Source: Amoebophrya sp. A120 (lineage: Eukaryota > Protista > Dinoflagellata). From it: 64,000 nucleotides of DNA. Below the pieces are notes generated by a model. That model was not told where the DNA came from. It ran no database searches and saw nothing but the letters and a program-made list of their open reading frames with translations. The DNA is taken from contig CAJINV010000003.1 in assembly GCA_905178155.1 (NCBI GenBank), positions 8,398,764 through 8,462,763 of the forward strand, in the 5' to 3' direction. A program made the position numbers and the translations under genes. Below, piece after piece: positions 26,501 to 39,200 of the stretch. Position 1 is the first letter of the stretch. Every line of letters starts with the position of its first letter.

Positions 26501-29500
26501 GGAAGCAATGTCGCGGCTGAACTCGAGAAGCAGTCCGACTGCGTTTCAGCGCTCCCAGAAGTTGCGATAGAAGAAATCGAACGGGAGCTAGAAGCAGCTG
26601 CTAAGAGAACTTCTAGACCAGGAAATAAAGAGCCTGGAAGTAGTACGTCTACGTCTTCGGCAAATAAAGAGAAGCCGAAGCCGATCGAAGAACTCTACCC
26701 CTCGCTCTTTGGTTCGCCACGGAAAAAGACCGCGGACGATCACGATCAACATGACTCGCAGGAGGCGGGAAAGAGCAAAGCTGCCAAAGCAGGCACAACT
26801 ACTTCTGCAGCGGGGACGACCGACAAGCTGCCAGTCCAGGATGAAGTTCTTGACGCGCGCGCTCTCATGTCGGAGTCTCTCGTTGCCGCAGACGGTTTTC
26901 TCGCCACGACGCTGCAGCCGATGAAGATAAGCTTCAACACGCTGCGCGATCTGCATCTGCACGAGCGAACAAAGATGACGCTGATCCTTGAGAAACAGGC
27001 AAAGCAGATCGCGGAAAATGAGCAGAAGGAGAGTGACGCGGTGCGAGAGAACACGGAACTCCTCGCGGAGAATCGGAGACTCCGCAACGACGCGGAGATG
27101 AAAAAGCTGCAGTTTGACCAGGTTTTGGCGGAAAAGGCGAAGGAGGACGAGCAGCAGCAGCTTTTCCAGATCGAGCAACAGTACACGCTGCGGGGAAACC
27201 TCCGCGAGAAGATGTCGGACATCGAGAAGCTGACCCAACGGGTGGCGGTATCGTGAGGAAAAATCTCCCCTCCCCATACCAAAAGGGGGCACTTCTGAAA
27301 ATTTGTGATGCTGATTTGTGGCCACAAATCGTCTCTGTATTGCAAGAAGGCAAGTCCAGAGACTCCGCCACCTTTTGCAGGCGGTTTGTGATGCTGCTAA
27401 GCCTACAGGCGGGATCTCTGTCTTGCTAAGTAGAGCCTACATCAGAACACCCCCGCCCGTGCTTTGTATCTGCCTGCATTCCTCTACTGCAAGACAAAGC
27501 TGATATCTGTACACAGTTCCCGCATCACAGATTTCGACTTTGATATGGGGAGGGGGGATTTTTCATTTTGATATGCGGAGCAGGAGAAGGAGAAGTATCT
27601 GTTGCAAACCAAGATCGACGAGTTTGAGGACGAGAAAACGGATTTGGTGCGGTTCCACGAACGGGAAATCCACGCGTGGAAAGCGGCGAAGGACGATCTG
27701 GCGGAGGAGCAGAGGGAGTCCAAGCAGCAGTTGCAGGACATCATCCAGCGGTTAGAAGAAGAGAAACAACAGAACAAAACCTTGTTCGACCTGAAGGTGA
27801 AGGAGTTCGAAAAGCAGCTAGAGGCAGAGAAGGAGCAGCAGAAGAAGCAGCAGGAGGTGTTTCAGGACCAGCAGAAGGAACTGAAGGAACTCTACAACCG
27901 AGAAAAGCAATATGGAAGCGTCAGGTTTGAAATCGACAAAGTTGAAATGACTTGTAATGCATAAAGTGCATGACCCGAGGTACGTGTGTTGCAGAGCAGG
28001 CACGTGAGGCCGATTGTAGGCCTCTTTGGGGTTGCAGCTCGAGCTGCTAAAGTAGCATGAGAAAATCGCCCTTCTTTGCCTAAACAGTATGACAAACTGG
28101 ATTCAGGGACCACCGAAATTTGTCATGCGCCACTTGGAAACTGGGTTCCAACTGGCATCCATTTTATGCATGACACTTTGTCGATTTCGATCCTGACGCT
28201 TCCATAAGCAAGTCGCAACCACTTCGGTCACGGAAAACAAGAAAATCCTGGACGAGTTGACGAACGAACTGGATTTGCTGACCGCGCAGAACACGAGTCT
28301 GACGAAGGAACACGAGAAGGAACGCAACCTCTTGCGAGAGGAAATCGCGAAGCTGAAAGCCGACAACCGCATTCTGGCGGCAAAGTTCGAGGAACTACTG
28401 AGCTTCTCCGGTGCGATGGAGAAAAAAAACCGCAACTTGGTGCTGGGGTTGGCGAAAACAGAAAAGGACCACAGCGGGCTGGTCGAAGACTACTCGGTCT
28501 TGTTGCAAGTTGCAGAGCTATTACAATGAAAAATGCCCCCTCCCCATATCAAAACGGAAATCTGTGATGCAGATTTGTGGTCACAAATCAGCTTTGTGAT
28601 GCTAGAAGGCAAAAGATGCGGACTGTAGTGCTGTCTAGCGTGGGAAAGCCTTGCAGCTCCAGGATGACAGGAGGCAACTGGAAGTGGGAAACAGCATGAC
28701 AGATTACCTGCAATTTAGGCCACAGCTTCGTCTCTTGGCCTTCTAGCAATACAGGTCGATTTGTGTACTCAAATACAGCATCACAAGTTCGCGCATCTTC
28801 CGTTTCCGATATGGGGTGGGGGCTTTTTTCACTTTGATAAGAGCAGAGCGCGGGCGGGGCGGGGAGAAGGGCTGGAGGAGGTCGTAGACGCTCCGGTAGC
28901 AGTTGTAGACCGTTCTACCCACCTCGCAGTTCCGCGACGCGAAGTGCCTCTGCCTCTGCGCAGGCGCACCAGCACTCCAGTAATAAGCGCGGCTCCTCAA
29001 CAACGCCCTCGTCGAGCGCATCGCGTTCGCCGGGGGGCGTGGGCACCAGCAGGAGTACTAGAAGAGTCTTGCCTACTCGTGGTGGGGCAACTACATCGCT
29101 GCATGATCGCGGAAGCGTAAGCTTGACGCCGAGCAGAGCTGCAGCTGCCAGAGGACAGCATCGTGCTCACGACCCTGATGGAAATCCGCCACGACGTGAT
29201 GCGCTCTCCCGAGGGCGTGACTTTGTATTCGAAGGTGTGCTGGAGAAGCCGACAAGCGCAGATCCGGAAGTGCAGCGAATTCTGGATCGTGTTGACGTAT
29301 TTCTCACTAACAAAGCACGGGAACGACGCGGATCGCCGCCCGCTGGTGTGGTCGCCACGCTCTCATCTCGAGACAGAATGTGGCGAGCAGAAAAAGCATC
29401 ATCCTCAACATCTCCAAGCACGACGCGACGGGTTCTGGTGGACGATTTGCAACCGAGCGGGGCGCCTTTGAGAGCTGCGGGTGGTGGGACAAGATCGAGT

Positions 29501-31953
29501 CCTACCTGCTCGCGAGGACAAAACAAAAAACCGCATCAACCCCGAAGGTGGCAGGATATGCATTGCAAATATTTCTGGGCCTGGAAGCAAGGATCCAAAC
29601 TTGTCATGCCAAATCTGAAGCGGGCTAAAATGTGTGTTGCATGACCCGCAAAACTTACCCACTTGCACTTCTTGCAACGGAAACAAAAGGCAAACTTCCC
29701 ACGCAGAATAGGCATTAAGAAGCTCTTGCAAAGTTTCAATTTGTGATGCTTTTGGCTGCATTCGAGTTCGAGATCTGATTCTGATCATCTCTGGGAGTGG
29801 TGGGATAGTACACGAGATGCATGACATCAAACCTTGCTGCAGCTCTCTTCCAGACCCAGACCACATATTTGCACTCGATACAGGAGCTCGCGAACACAAC
29901 GCACGACCAGTATTCTATGCATGTTTCCCCGCGAAGCAGCCGTTCGCGGCTCCTTCGGGCAGACAACGACTTCCTCGTCAACGATCGAGATTCGCGCCTG
30001 AAGTCCGGTCGTTACAACAACAGTCCCAGGCTCGACTTCACCAACAGCAAGGCGTCTTGGAGCAATAGCTTGCGCTCCACGTCCGAAGTCCTAGGAGGCT
30101 TCGGAAATCTTTCGAAGTTGGAGACCAAGTCACCGACCAATTCCGTCAGAAATGGGCGCACGAGCCACAGTCCCTCGGCAAGGAGCCGAAAGGAAAGCAA
30201 CGCCAGCTTCTTCGACGATTTGCTACGAACGCACGATGGAGGTCTGATGTCGAAGGAACGAAGATTCAGTCCACGAAGCGCTACAGCGGTTCCCCCGGGC
30301 GGCGGGATTCTTCGTGGCACAGGTAGTGGCAACTACATGGTCAGCACCTCCCATGATATTTCCCCTCCACGAGGGGACGAGCAGAGACTTCTCGTGTCCC
30401 AACGAGGATCTCCTGGAGGCTCCGGGTCTCCGGCAAGCAAAAAACACGTGGAAATTCTGGAGCAACTGTCGGAATTGGAAGAGATCTTTCTCGAAAAAGC
30501 CACAGAATCCCGGACAAAAGTAGAGAACATGTCAAAGAACTCAGGCGTTTTTTTCTCCTCGTCGCGATCACCCGCCGAAGATGATGGGCGGACGACACAT
30601 CTTCATAGTTCCTCACATGGACCACCAGCCCCTGGACCACGGCCACAACAAAGGCCGCTGGCTTTCTCGGACGGAACATCAACGAAGCCAGAGGACGTCG
30701 ACCTGCAGCAGGCTTGGACCCAGCTGATATCGCGAAACTCGTCTCGCCGCGGCAGCTTGTCATCCTTGGAAAGCAGCCGGAGGCTGAGGTCCCCACGAAA
30801 CAGGCTGTCCCTGTCCCCGAAATGGTATTCGAGCTCTGCCCGCGGCGTCGTGGCCGCATCCTCATCTTCCTCGTCGCAACTGCAGTCTGTCAGAGGTTCC
30901 AAAGAAGTGATCACTGGACGATCCTCGTCAAGAACTGGAGCTGCTCCGCAGCAGTTTTACTCGGAGCCGGACGGAGCGCCAGCAGCTCCCGTTGTACTGG
31001 AAGATCCCGTAGCTCTGGCGCCCAGTCCCGCGGCACAAGACAAGGAGCAACTGCATCTCCCACGACCGAGGGGTTGCAGTGGTCACGAAGTACCGCTTGC
31101 GCAAAAGTTGCTGCGGTCGCCTCGTCCTCCGACGGTTTTGGGACAGAACCTGTTTATTGAGTCCTCCTCCTCCGCCTCGGGGCGAGCGAGGTAAAAAAAT
31201 AGATAAATGCTATTTTTAGAAGTTGTGAGCTTTTTCGATTTAGTTTCAGCCTAAGCCTTGTTCTTCTAATTCAGTAGCTAGCATGCTGTTGGGCCCGAGT
31301 CACAGACACACACACAGACAAAGAAGGTCACAGACATTGATGGATCATGATCAAATGCTGACTCGCAGTTGTACGTTATCTTCTAAATCCATTCAAGAAA
31401 TTTCGCTGAAACTACTGCGACTCATGCTCATGTGCTTCACAGGAGCAGAAGTCCATCAGCGCGAAAGAGGCCAGAATCCGCAAGGCAAAGCGACCCGAAC
31501 CCTGCCGCTACTCTGAGTTCGCTGTTGGCAGAAATCGATGCTGGCTCGGGCCAGCAACTTCAGCAGCAGCATCACAACGGTTCTACGCTCATCTCGCTGG
31601 CGAATGCAAACAATAGTCAATTATCGATTATCGAGGACCAGCCGTGGAACAAGTCACACTCTCCGAGGAGTAAATTGTCCCAGCGGTTGCGCTATGAATT
31701 GCAAAAGTATCGCACTCGTATTGCAATCATGCATTGCAAATCTTTTCCCTAAGGTAAATCAGCATCACAAATTTTTATTTTATTTCTCATGCTGTGAAAA
31801 TCAAAATGAAAATTTGTAATGCTAATGCATTTATACGAGTACGATACTTTTACAAAGCATATACGCCTGGGGCCGACAATTTTATCACACATAAAAGACG
31901 AAAATGAAGCGTTACTCCGAAAACAAATGGAATCCTTTAGAGGTATAACATGA
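20577..31953 (+). CDS. Giant coiled-coil protein (over 2500 aa), 12 or more exons; 5' end unresolved
   Basis: E/K/Q/L-rich ORFs are continuous through 2 GT-AG introns (21627-21856, 31191-31442) and 9 introners; stop at 31951-31953. Confidence 0.85.
22017..22335. mobile_element. Introner, family B (TATGGRAGYGTCAGG TIR)
   Basis: DR AGAGA/AGAGA; VLEE|SRLK in frame; first 7 nt TATGGGA are identical to the 10-kb transposon end. Confidence 0.92.
24330..24582. mobile_element. Introner, family A
   Basis: ~31-bp TIR; DR CATGG/CATGG; ANM|EKAD in frame. Confidence 0.92.
24657..24811. mobile_element. Introner, family C (TGCAAAAGTATCGCACTCGTA TIR)
   Basis: DR GGAGA/GGGGA; frame restored. Confidence 0.85.
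24928..25200. mobile_element. Introner, family D (TATGASAGTGCACAA TIR) with internal (GAT)n
   Basis: DR GTCCG/GTCCG; NVS|ATVE in frame. Confidence 0.92.
27249..27573. mobile_element. Introner, family E (GAAAAATCYCCCTCCCCATA TIR)
   Basis: DR GGCGG/TGCGG; frame restored. Confidence 0.88.
27911..28206. mobile_element. Introner, family B
   Basis: DR AGCAA/AGCAA; REKQ|VATT in frame. Confidence 0.92.
28519..28839. mobile_element. Introner, family E
   Basis: DR AGAGC/AGAGC; frame restored. Confidence 0.9.
29557..29880. mobile_element. Introner, family A
   Basis: DR CAGGA/CAGGA; WQ|ELAN in frame. Confidence 0.9.
31693..31861. mobile_element. Introner, family C
   Basis: DR TGCGC/TACGC; frame restored into the terminal exon. 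Confidence 0.85.
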
Positions 31954-34028
31954 GTACAACTTGAATTTTTTTTTTGATGATGTCCTCCATCCATCCTCCA
32001 TGCGCTTGCTTGATGCAGGTCATATGTTTATAGCGATCTTTTGTCATCCTCATCTTTTGGCAAGGATTTCTGTTTGTCAAGCAGTTATTTGTTCAAACCA
32101 AAGTCCATATTAATTTCCGCAAGGCCCTAATATGAAATGAAAAGAAATATTTGTCCTCGCAATGCACCATTACAAATTAATAATGAGCTGGAAATTAGCA
32201 CTAGTAGTAGTACCTCTTGCTTGCGTTCCAGGTACTACTCGAGAGGACCCGTCTTTTCAAGAATTGAACGAGTCAACAACGTCGCGGTACGCAGCCCTGG
32301 ACTCGGTCGCAAAAATTCAGCGGGAAAATATTTTGTTGCTGAAAGCAAAGATCGAGGCTCTCGCGGCGACGCGGCGAGAACAGCAAAAGGCCGATACGAA
32401 GATTGTCAGCCAGGAAGACCATGCAGATCCCGCCGGCGTTTCCGTTTGATAGGAGCGGCGACTCTTCAAAGTAGAACAGACGGGGGAAAATTTGTAAATC
32501 ATTTTGGTCGTATGTGGGGGCGGGATCCAGATCAGGGACTGTGTCTGTGTGCATTCTATGCGTCTTTGGATCGGCGTTCGTGGCGAGCGATTTTTCTTTT
32601 TCTTCACCAGGAAGCCACTTGGTGGCCGCGATAAAAGAAAAGCTTAAACTATGTATACTATTGCATTTGCACCCCAGCGGTTGAGTGACAAACAGCCTGA
32701 CGTGTATACGATACAAAAATCAAAAGAATTCCATGTCGACATTGTTTTTGTTGACCAAAATCAAATTTACTTCGTTAGACTCAACACGGCGGAATATTCA
32801 AGATGAAAACTTTATACTTTTATTTTCAATGTCGGCGTCTCTATGTCTATTCTTTTTCTTGGTATCGGTATCGGAGTCAATCATCAATCAATGCTCTATT
32901 TCCTTGACGAAGGTTTTATGGCGCCCAAGTAAGTTATTTCTATTTGTGAGGGAAACAAGAAGCATAGGCATACAGTCTGGGACGCATGATCGATTTTATT
33001 CGAAAGTCGAAACTCTGAAAATCACACAGCGCAGCTAGATTTATTTCTACAGGCCCCCGTTGCTTGTCTGACCGAGGTGCCGGTCTTGGTCGGGACCGGG
33101 AGGAAGAAATCGGCCAAATGGAGCTACTAGTACTAGGCACCTTGCGAGTGTGTTTCGGGCTGCATCGTGGCCAGGCATTGTTATTCTACCCTCCATGTTG
33201 TGTTAGTTGCATCCAACATTTTCAATTTAATCGGTTGTCTAGACGACCACTAGGATCACAGATAATGATAAGATCAAACAATGATCCACACGCTGTTATT
33301 TGATTCGAAACACATTATTTCTTTTTTTCGTGAAAATCTATCGACATTGAAAATGAAATCTATTTAAATTTTTGATATCCATGCATCTTTCTTTCTTGTC
33401 ATGTCTGGGCATGACTCAAGTTGTCGCTTTGGCCCGGTCCGAGATTGTCTTTCATCGTTCTCATCAATATAGTGCCCTCAAAAGATGAAGATAAGGATAA
33501 AATAAGGTTGAATAAGTAGAGAGATGCTATTTGAAAAGTAAAGATCTTCAGGCTCTAGTTCGAGATTCAGAAAATAATTCTTTCCATGATGTCTGATCCA
33601 TCATATGATTGCAATTTATCTCTAATAAATCCGATCTAAACTTATCCTATCATCATCATATCTTTTTATCCCAAAATCTATTTCATAAGATAAAAATCCA
33701 AATCGAAAAAATTAAAATGATGAATTCATAAATTTTTTTTCCCAATTTATTTTGATTAGGAATTTGAAATGAAGGGATTTCATTAACATTATCCGGAAAA
33801 TTCTGGAGTTCATCTGGATGAAATTCAATTGGAGAATTGAGTCTCATGATGAAGTGAGTTTTTGTATTTTCAGAAGATCTTGTTTTTCTGATTCCATCTT
33901 CGTTGATATCCATCGGTTGGTTTCTCGATGGATCCTCATGATCTATGTTTATGTGAATATTTCTCACCTCTATCTTATTCGATGTAGGATTATGGCCAAC
34001 TGCACACTGACTGATGTCAGGAGAGTTG

Positions 34029-34383
34029 TGTGATCACCACAAGAGAGAAGGAACGGGCTAAAACTATCTTGAACGAGAAACTTGCAACAAGCTACGAGAG
34101 CGAGGGATCTCAAATCACATCTGCTTCACGACGTAAATGCGTGAGCAGGGAGCACGCTGCTCGAGTGTTCGTCTTTCTCTTTATTTCCTTGCTTCTTCCT
34201 ATGTTCAAGGTTGAAATCGTGACTCGTTCAAGTTCAACAACGCGGCTGCACGCACGCAATGGATCTCGGTTCACAAACAACTCTTTCTCGTTCATCGTTC
34301 TTTTCTCATCTTCGTTGTTCGTACTCGCAGAACTCTTTGTGTTGTCAATTGTGACTAGAGCTAAGGTGGCGAACACAGTTACA
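34029..34383 (-). repeat. Probable 3' LTR of the Ty3/Gypsy-like element
   Basis: On the minus strand a purine tract GAGGGGTGG is followed by TGTAAC...ATCACA, downstream of pol. No second copy in the window, so the left limit is uncertain. Confidence 0.55.
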
Positions 34384-34904
34384 ACCACCCCTCGTATATA
34401 TTTTTTAGAAAAAAAAAAAATCTATTTTTTGAGAAAAAATATGTACTAGTTGTAAGAGAGGTTGTGAGTGAGAATGTCAGCTGTGCGCTTTTGTTTTGCG
34501 ACCTATCGTTGTATTTTGAACTCTACGAGACACTAAAGGAGTGCTGATGTTTTTTTGTATTTGGTGACTTTTTATTTTTTATGTATAATATGCTATTTTT
34601 TTGGCTGCAGGATTCCCTACGGCGGGCAACTCACAAGGGTCGCCACGTTTGGGTCTCTACTACAATTTTTATTTTTTCTTTCTTTCTACGTTCTCTTGCT
34701 ACTTCTATGCATTTTTGTCAAAATGACGCATCATGAAGGAGCGGACTTCAACCGAAATAAAGATATAGAAATGAAAACTGACAACAAAGAAATCAGATAA
34801 GATTTGAAGTTTTGCATTGCAACAGTCACGACGTGCTTGCTGTATACATGAGTAGTCGACTTGTAGTAATAATTGATTATAGTTTGTTATAAAAAATAGC
34901 ATGT

Positions 34905-35408
34905 TTAGTCCTTGAAGTTTTCGCCTACAGCGTACTTCGGGGAGCTATCTTCGCTTTTATCATAAGCGTTCCAGTGGTAGTACGTGGCCCAGTAGCTGGC
35001 GCCTTCACTCCAGTACTGGTCCTGCCACTGCTCGGTAGAATACGTAGAATCCCATTTGGAGCACGCCTTTGCTTTGGCTTCCTCCCAACTTTCATCCTCG
35101 ACATCCCACCAAGAACCCTCGTCGAACACAGCGTTTTCGGACATCCGCACGATATCGATTCTCACTACGTGTTCGATCGTGCAGACCCGGGGCTGGTTCT
35201 TGCTCGGTAGGGTTTTCATATGCTCTACATATTCGCGCTGTCGCGTTTGTTCCTCCACCTTGCAGCGCGTGACTGCCTCGCGGGTGGCTAGGAGCTGCGA
35301 CATGCTCGTAAGTGGATAGGAAGTAGTGGCTTCTCCAGAGTGAAAAAATTCATCTGAGCAAACCCACACGGTGGGAAGCAGTCGCATACTCCCTTCCGTC
35401 ATTTCCAT
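34905..35408 (-). CDS. Trp/acidic-rich extra ORF between pol and the 3' LTR
   Basis: ~167-aa ORF within an AT-rich 3' region; no recognisable domain. Confidence 0.4.
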   Translation of the reverse strand: MEMTEGSMRLLPTVWVCSDEFFHSGEATTSYPLTSMSQLLATREAVTRCKVEEQTRQREYVEHMKTLPSKNQPRVCTIEHVVRIDIVRMSENAVFDEGSWWDVEDESWEEAKAKACSKWDSTYSTEQWQDQYWSEGASYWATYYHWNAYDKSEDSSPKYAVGENFKD

Positions 35409-36276
35409 CGAGCATCCTGAAATAAAAGTAGACACGTTTACTGTAAAATTATATGTAGCCAGAAAGTTTTGAATTGACAATCTGATAGTTATTTCTATAG
35501 CAAAAGGGTATTTCTGAATGAAAAATTTATCTCTGGTTGTTATTTCTAATGCTTTATCTACTGGACACAGGCAGCACAATGATTTGGCTTTGTCGCTGTT
35601 GGAAAGTGCCGTAGAAGCTGTATTCTTTCGTCAGAAATCTCTGGGGGGACGATCTGAAAGAGAATGTAGTTTGAAGTGAGTGCATTGGTTGATCCGATGT
35701 TCGCTGCGAGGAGAAAGTTGCAGTGTCTTTGTCGACAGCAGAGAGGTAGCTTCGACAGGCATGCGTAGATGATTTTGTAGCAAGCGCGGATCTTTTTGCT
35801 TGCGAAAGTGGGGACTTTCTTATTTGTGATGCGTAGCTGTCTTCTGTGATTGGGCAAGAGCGTCCGAATTCAACATAGAAGTATGAGTTTTTGTATGATT
35901 TACTTTATATTTTGATATGAGATTTTACGTATTATTTGTCATATTTTTAGACTCGAAAGAGGTACGCGACCAGCAGTGGACTAACTATGAGGTAGAAGCT
36001 TTTATTTTCTGACTACGAAGATGCGCGCTGTGTCTAAGCAAAATTGTAGTAGTGGTCGCGTATTCGAAATTGTCGCTGTTGAGAAAATCAGAAGCAGACA
36101 GAAGGAATTATTTTTCGTAGAAACTTGCACCGCATTGAAGATGTAGGTAGTTTTTTTGTCTTACTGGAGCTCGAGGATCACGCGCGAAGAAGATGTCGAT
36201 GATATTGATAGTAGTTCTTGTTTTTGATCGTCGACGTTGTTCTTTATTTTCGTATTTTCGTTTTGAAGTTGTCGAG

Positions 36277-39200
36277 TTATTGCATGACTCCGAGTTTCGT
36301 TGTCCCTATGCTCTCTCGCTCATGGAATGAATACGAGGGCCGGACCTGTTGTCGTTTTTTCGTTGTCGACAACGTCTGGGTCGCCTGCCGCCGGATGATG
36401 TATCGGCCGGACAAGAGATTCACACCATAAATCTCGTCCGCCGTCGGCAGGCCGGCGTCGTCGACAATCCGCTTCGGGGACGGCAAGATGTGGACCCACG
36501 TATCGGCGTAGAATTTGATGAAGTTCTTCGCCGGCGCCCGCAGCGCACGCATTTCGTCCTCATCCTCCGCTTTGTACTCGACGGCGGAACCGTCGATGAG
36601 TACAATCTTCCGCGCGTCGACTAGCTGCAGTGACGTCTCGTCGACGCCAACAACCTGGTAAATTGTGGCGTCGTCCGGCGGACCGTCCGCATTCTAGTCG
36701 ACTTTTCGCCTTATTTGCACACCGTCTGATCACCAGGTCCCCCACCGAAGTCTCGGCTTCTCCTACCGCACCGCGGCGCCCGAGCGCATCTGCAGTCGAC
36801 TTCAGATTGCGGTCGGCTCGGATCTGTGGCTACAGGGATGTAAGATCAGAACGCTCTCCCTCCGTCAGCCCCGCTGCCTGGAAAAGAGTTTGCGCTCCCG
36901 GAAATGCGAGGGTCTTGCCACACAGCATTTGCGACGGGGATTTTTCGCACAGCTCCGGTCGCTTTAAGTTCCTGTCGAGGATCTGCAGCGACGGCACCAG
37001 CAGCGGCCAGCTGTTCGGGTTCTCCTTGCAGCACTTGAAAACTCTCGCATTGTCCGGCTTGTTCGGTGCTTCTACTTCTGCACGACCTGTCGGGTTCACC
37101 GGCATGCTGAGGTGCAGGTAGGTGCCCTTTTCTGCGAAGTCCGCTTTGACAGACGCGAAGGCGCGGCCTGCCGTCACTCGCAGTGGCCATCCGCAACTTG
37201 CGGCGACGACAAATGCGAACTGGTTGAAGGCCTCAGAGGGACTGAGGCCCTGGACCGGGATGAGAAACGTCAGCTTGATTGTTCTCTCCACGACCCGCAA
37301 AATCGCCGTGTATGTGATGCTATATCCGTTTTTTGCATCTCCATACGTGATTTTCGCATGCGGTAAGCTGGTTACGTGGTCTATCGCGAACTCTCCGAAA
37401 AGACCACCGGACAGCGGGTTACGCCGGTATCTGAGGAGGTTCTCGCGTTCACCGTGATACAACCTGCAAACCGTGCATCGTAACACCACCTGCACCGCGT
37501 CAGCGGCGAGCCCTGGCCATGAAAAATACAGCTCGACGGTGTCTGCTGTTTTCCCTGCGCGCGAGTGCAGCGCCCAGCGGTGGTGGATGTGGACGATGAT
37601 TTTGTAGCGAGTATGAGTCTTCCTATCCTGAAACAGCCCGTCTTCGTCCTCGACCTGCATGTCGGGAGCGGCTTGCTTCGGTACATAAATTTTGTTTTTG
37701 TATAGCAAGATGTCGCCGCACAGCTGAAACCCTGGCACTGCTTCTGCTTGCCGTGTTTCTGCTGCTGACTGTTCCTGTTTCGCAAGGAGGCGGCACACGT
37801 GCCCGCACTCGACGCATGATTTCTGCTTTGCTATCAGCGTCTGCGCGTCGATCCCGTTCAGAAAACACGCCGCGCGGAAACCGGAACTCGTCGCGCCCTC
37901 GGGGGTGTGTTCTCCTTTGCTGGCGATAAACAAGAGGGATTTTTTCAGGATCCGGGGCGGGATGAGTACTTCTTCCCTGCCGGCGATAAATCCTCTCAGG
38001 TCTGCTACTTTTGTTACTGTTGCTGCTGTGTGCGACAAAGTCCCGACGTCGAAGTAACCGACTGCGGTGCCCCGGTACCCCGCGGTCAGGAGAGGCCTGA
38101 CGCACCTGATTTTTCCTACTTGAACAAACTCTGGCACGAACTGCCGGAGAGGCGCCTCCTGCTCCGGTTGCAGCTCGATCTCGATTTCGCGCTCAACTTC
38201 CGGCTCGAAGAGAGCATCGAGCTCTGCGCTTATTTCTTGTTCGTCGTCGCTGTCGAAAGGGTCGCTCAATTCCAACTCGTTGTCGTCTTCCTTGCGTGCT
38301 GCGGCGACTTTTTTCTTTTTTTTCTTGTCCGTCGCGTCCTTGTCTTTTTCTGCGACGTAGTTGTGCCTGTTGAACGCGATCGCAAAAGCGTCTTCATCGT
38401 GTGAGAAGACGCATGCCACGCCGGCTTTTGCTTTTCGCAGGCACCCAGCAATCTGAGCTCGGGCCATATCGGTTTTGGTGACCCGATTCCGCCTCAGCTC
38501 TTTACTCGACGATAGCAGCTGGATCATCACCTCCCGGATTTTGTCCTGCTGCCACTCGACTTCGTCGCTCCAGTCGTTCACCGCTTCGGTGATCGTCGCT
38601 GCTGTTTGCTGGAGCTCTTCTAGAAATTCTGCTGTAGAGGTTGATGCTTTCCCTTCTGGCTGGGTTACTAAAATCATCATCCTTGTTTTGTCCTCAAAAA
38701 ACTGCACGATTACTACTTGCGCAGGCGTGTTGACAAGCTTCAGCAACTGGCATCCCTCGAACTTTGTAATGCGCATTTGCGGCGCGTTCTTGATGTTCTG
38801 CCGCAGCTTGTTCATGTTGCATAATTGTCCTTTGTAGTGCGCCGTAAATTTTGCCCCCAGGCCGTCTGTGCCAACTTGCATTCTTGCTGTTGTCGGCAAG
38901 ACGCCTGCTGCAGTCGCTGCAGTGTTGGGAAAAGTTGGCTTTTCGTCTTTGCGGTTCGGCAGGGCAACATCAAAACGAGTGTCAGCTTTTTTGATGTTGA
39001 TACGTTTATTTTCGTCGTTGTCGAAAAATTGCCCCCGCGCCTTCAAATGCTTCGCTCCAGTCGGTTTCGGCAGCTGCTTTTTCTGCTTCTGCGCCGCTGG
39101 TTTATCCTTCTTTTTCTTATCTCCAGCTGCAGGCTGCTGCTGCGCTTCCTGCTGCTTGTCGACTTGTTCTTCCTGCTCCGGGACAGCTGGAGCGGCCGGC

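Noticed and set aside
32162-32449. Small secreted protein
   Set aside because: A hydrophobic start is the only support and antisense ORFs overlap it.
33105-33130. Dinoflagellate spliced-leader relic or primer-binding site (GTAGCTCCATTTGGCC on minus)
   Set aside because: Only a partial gapped match to CCGTAGCCATTTTGGCTCAAG, with no supporting context.
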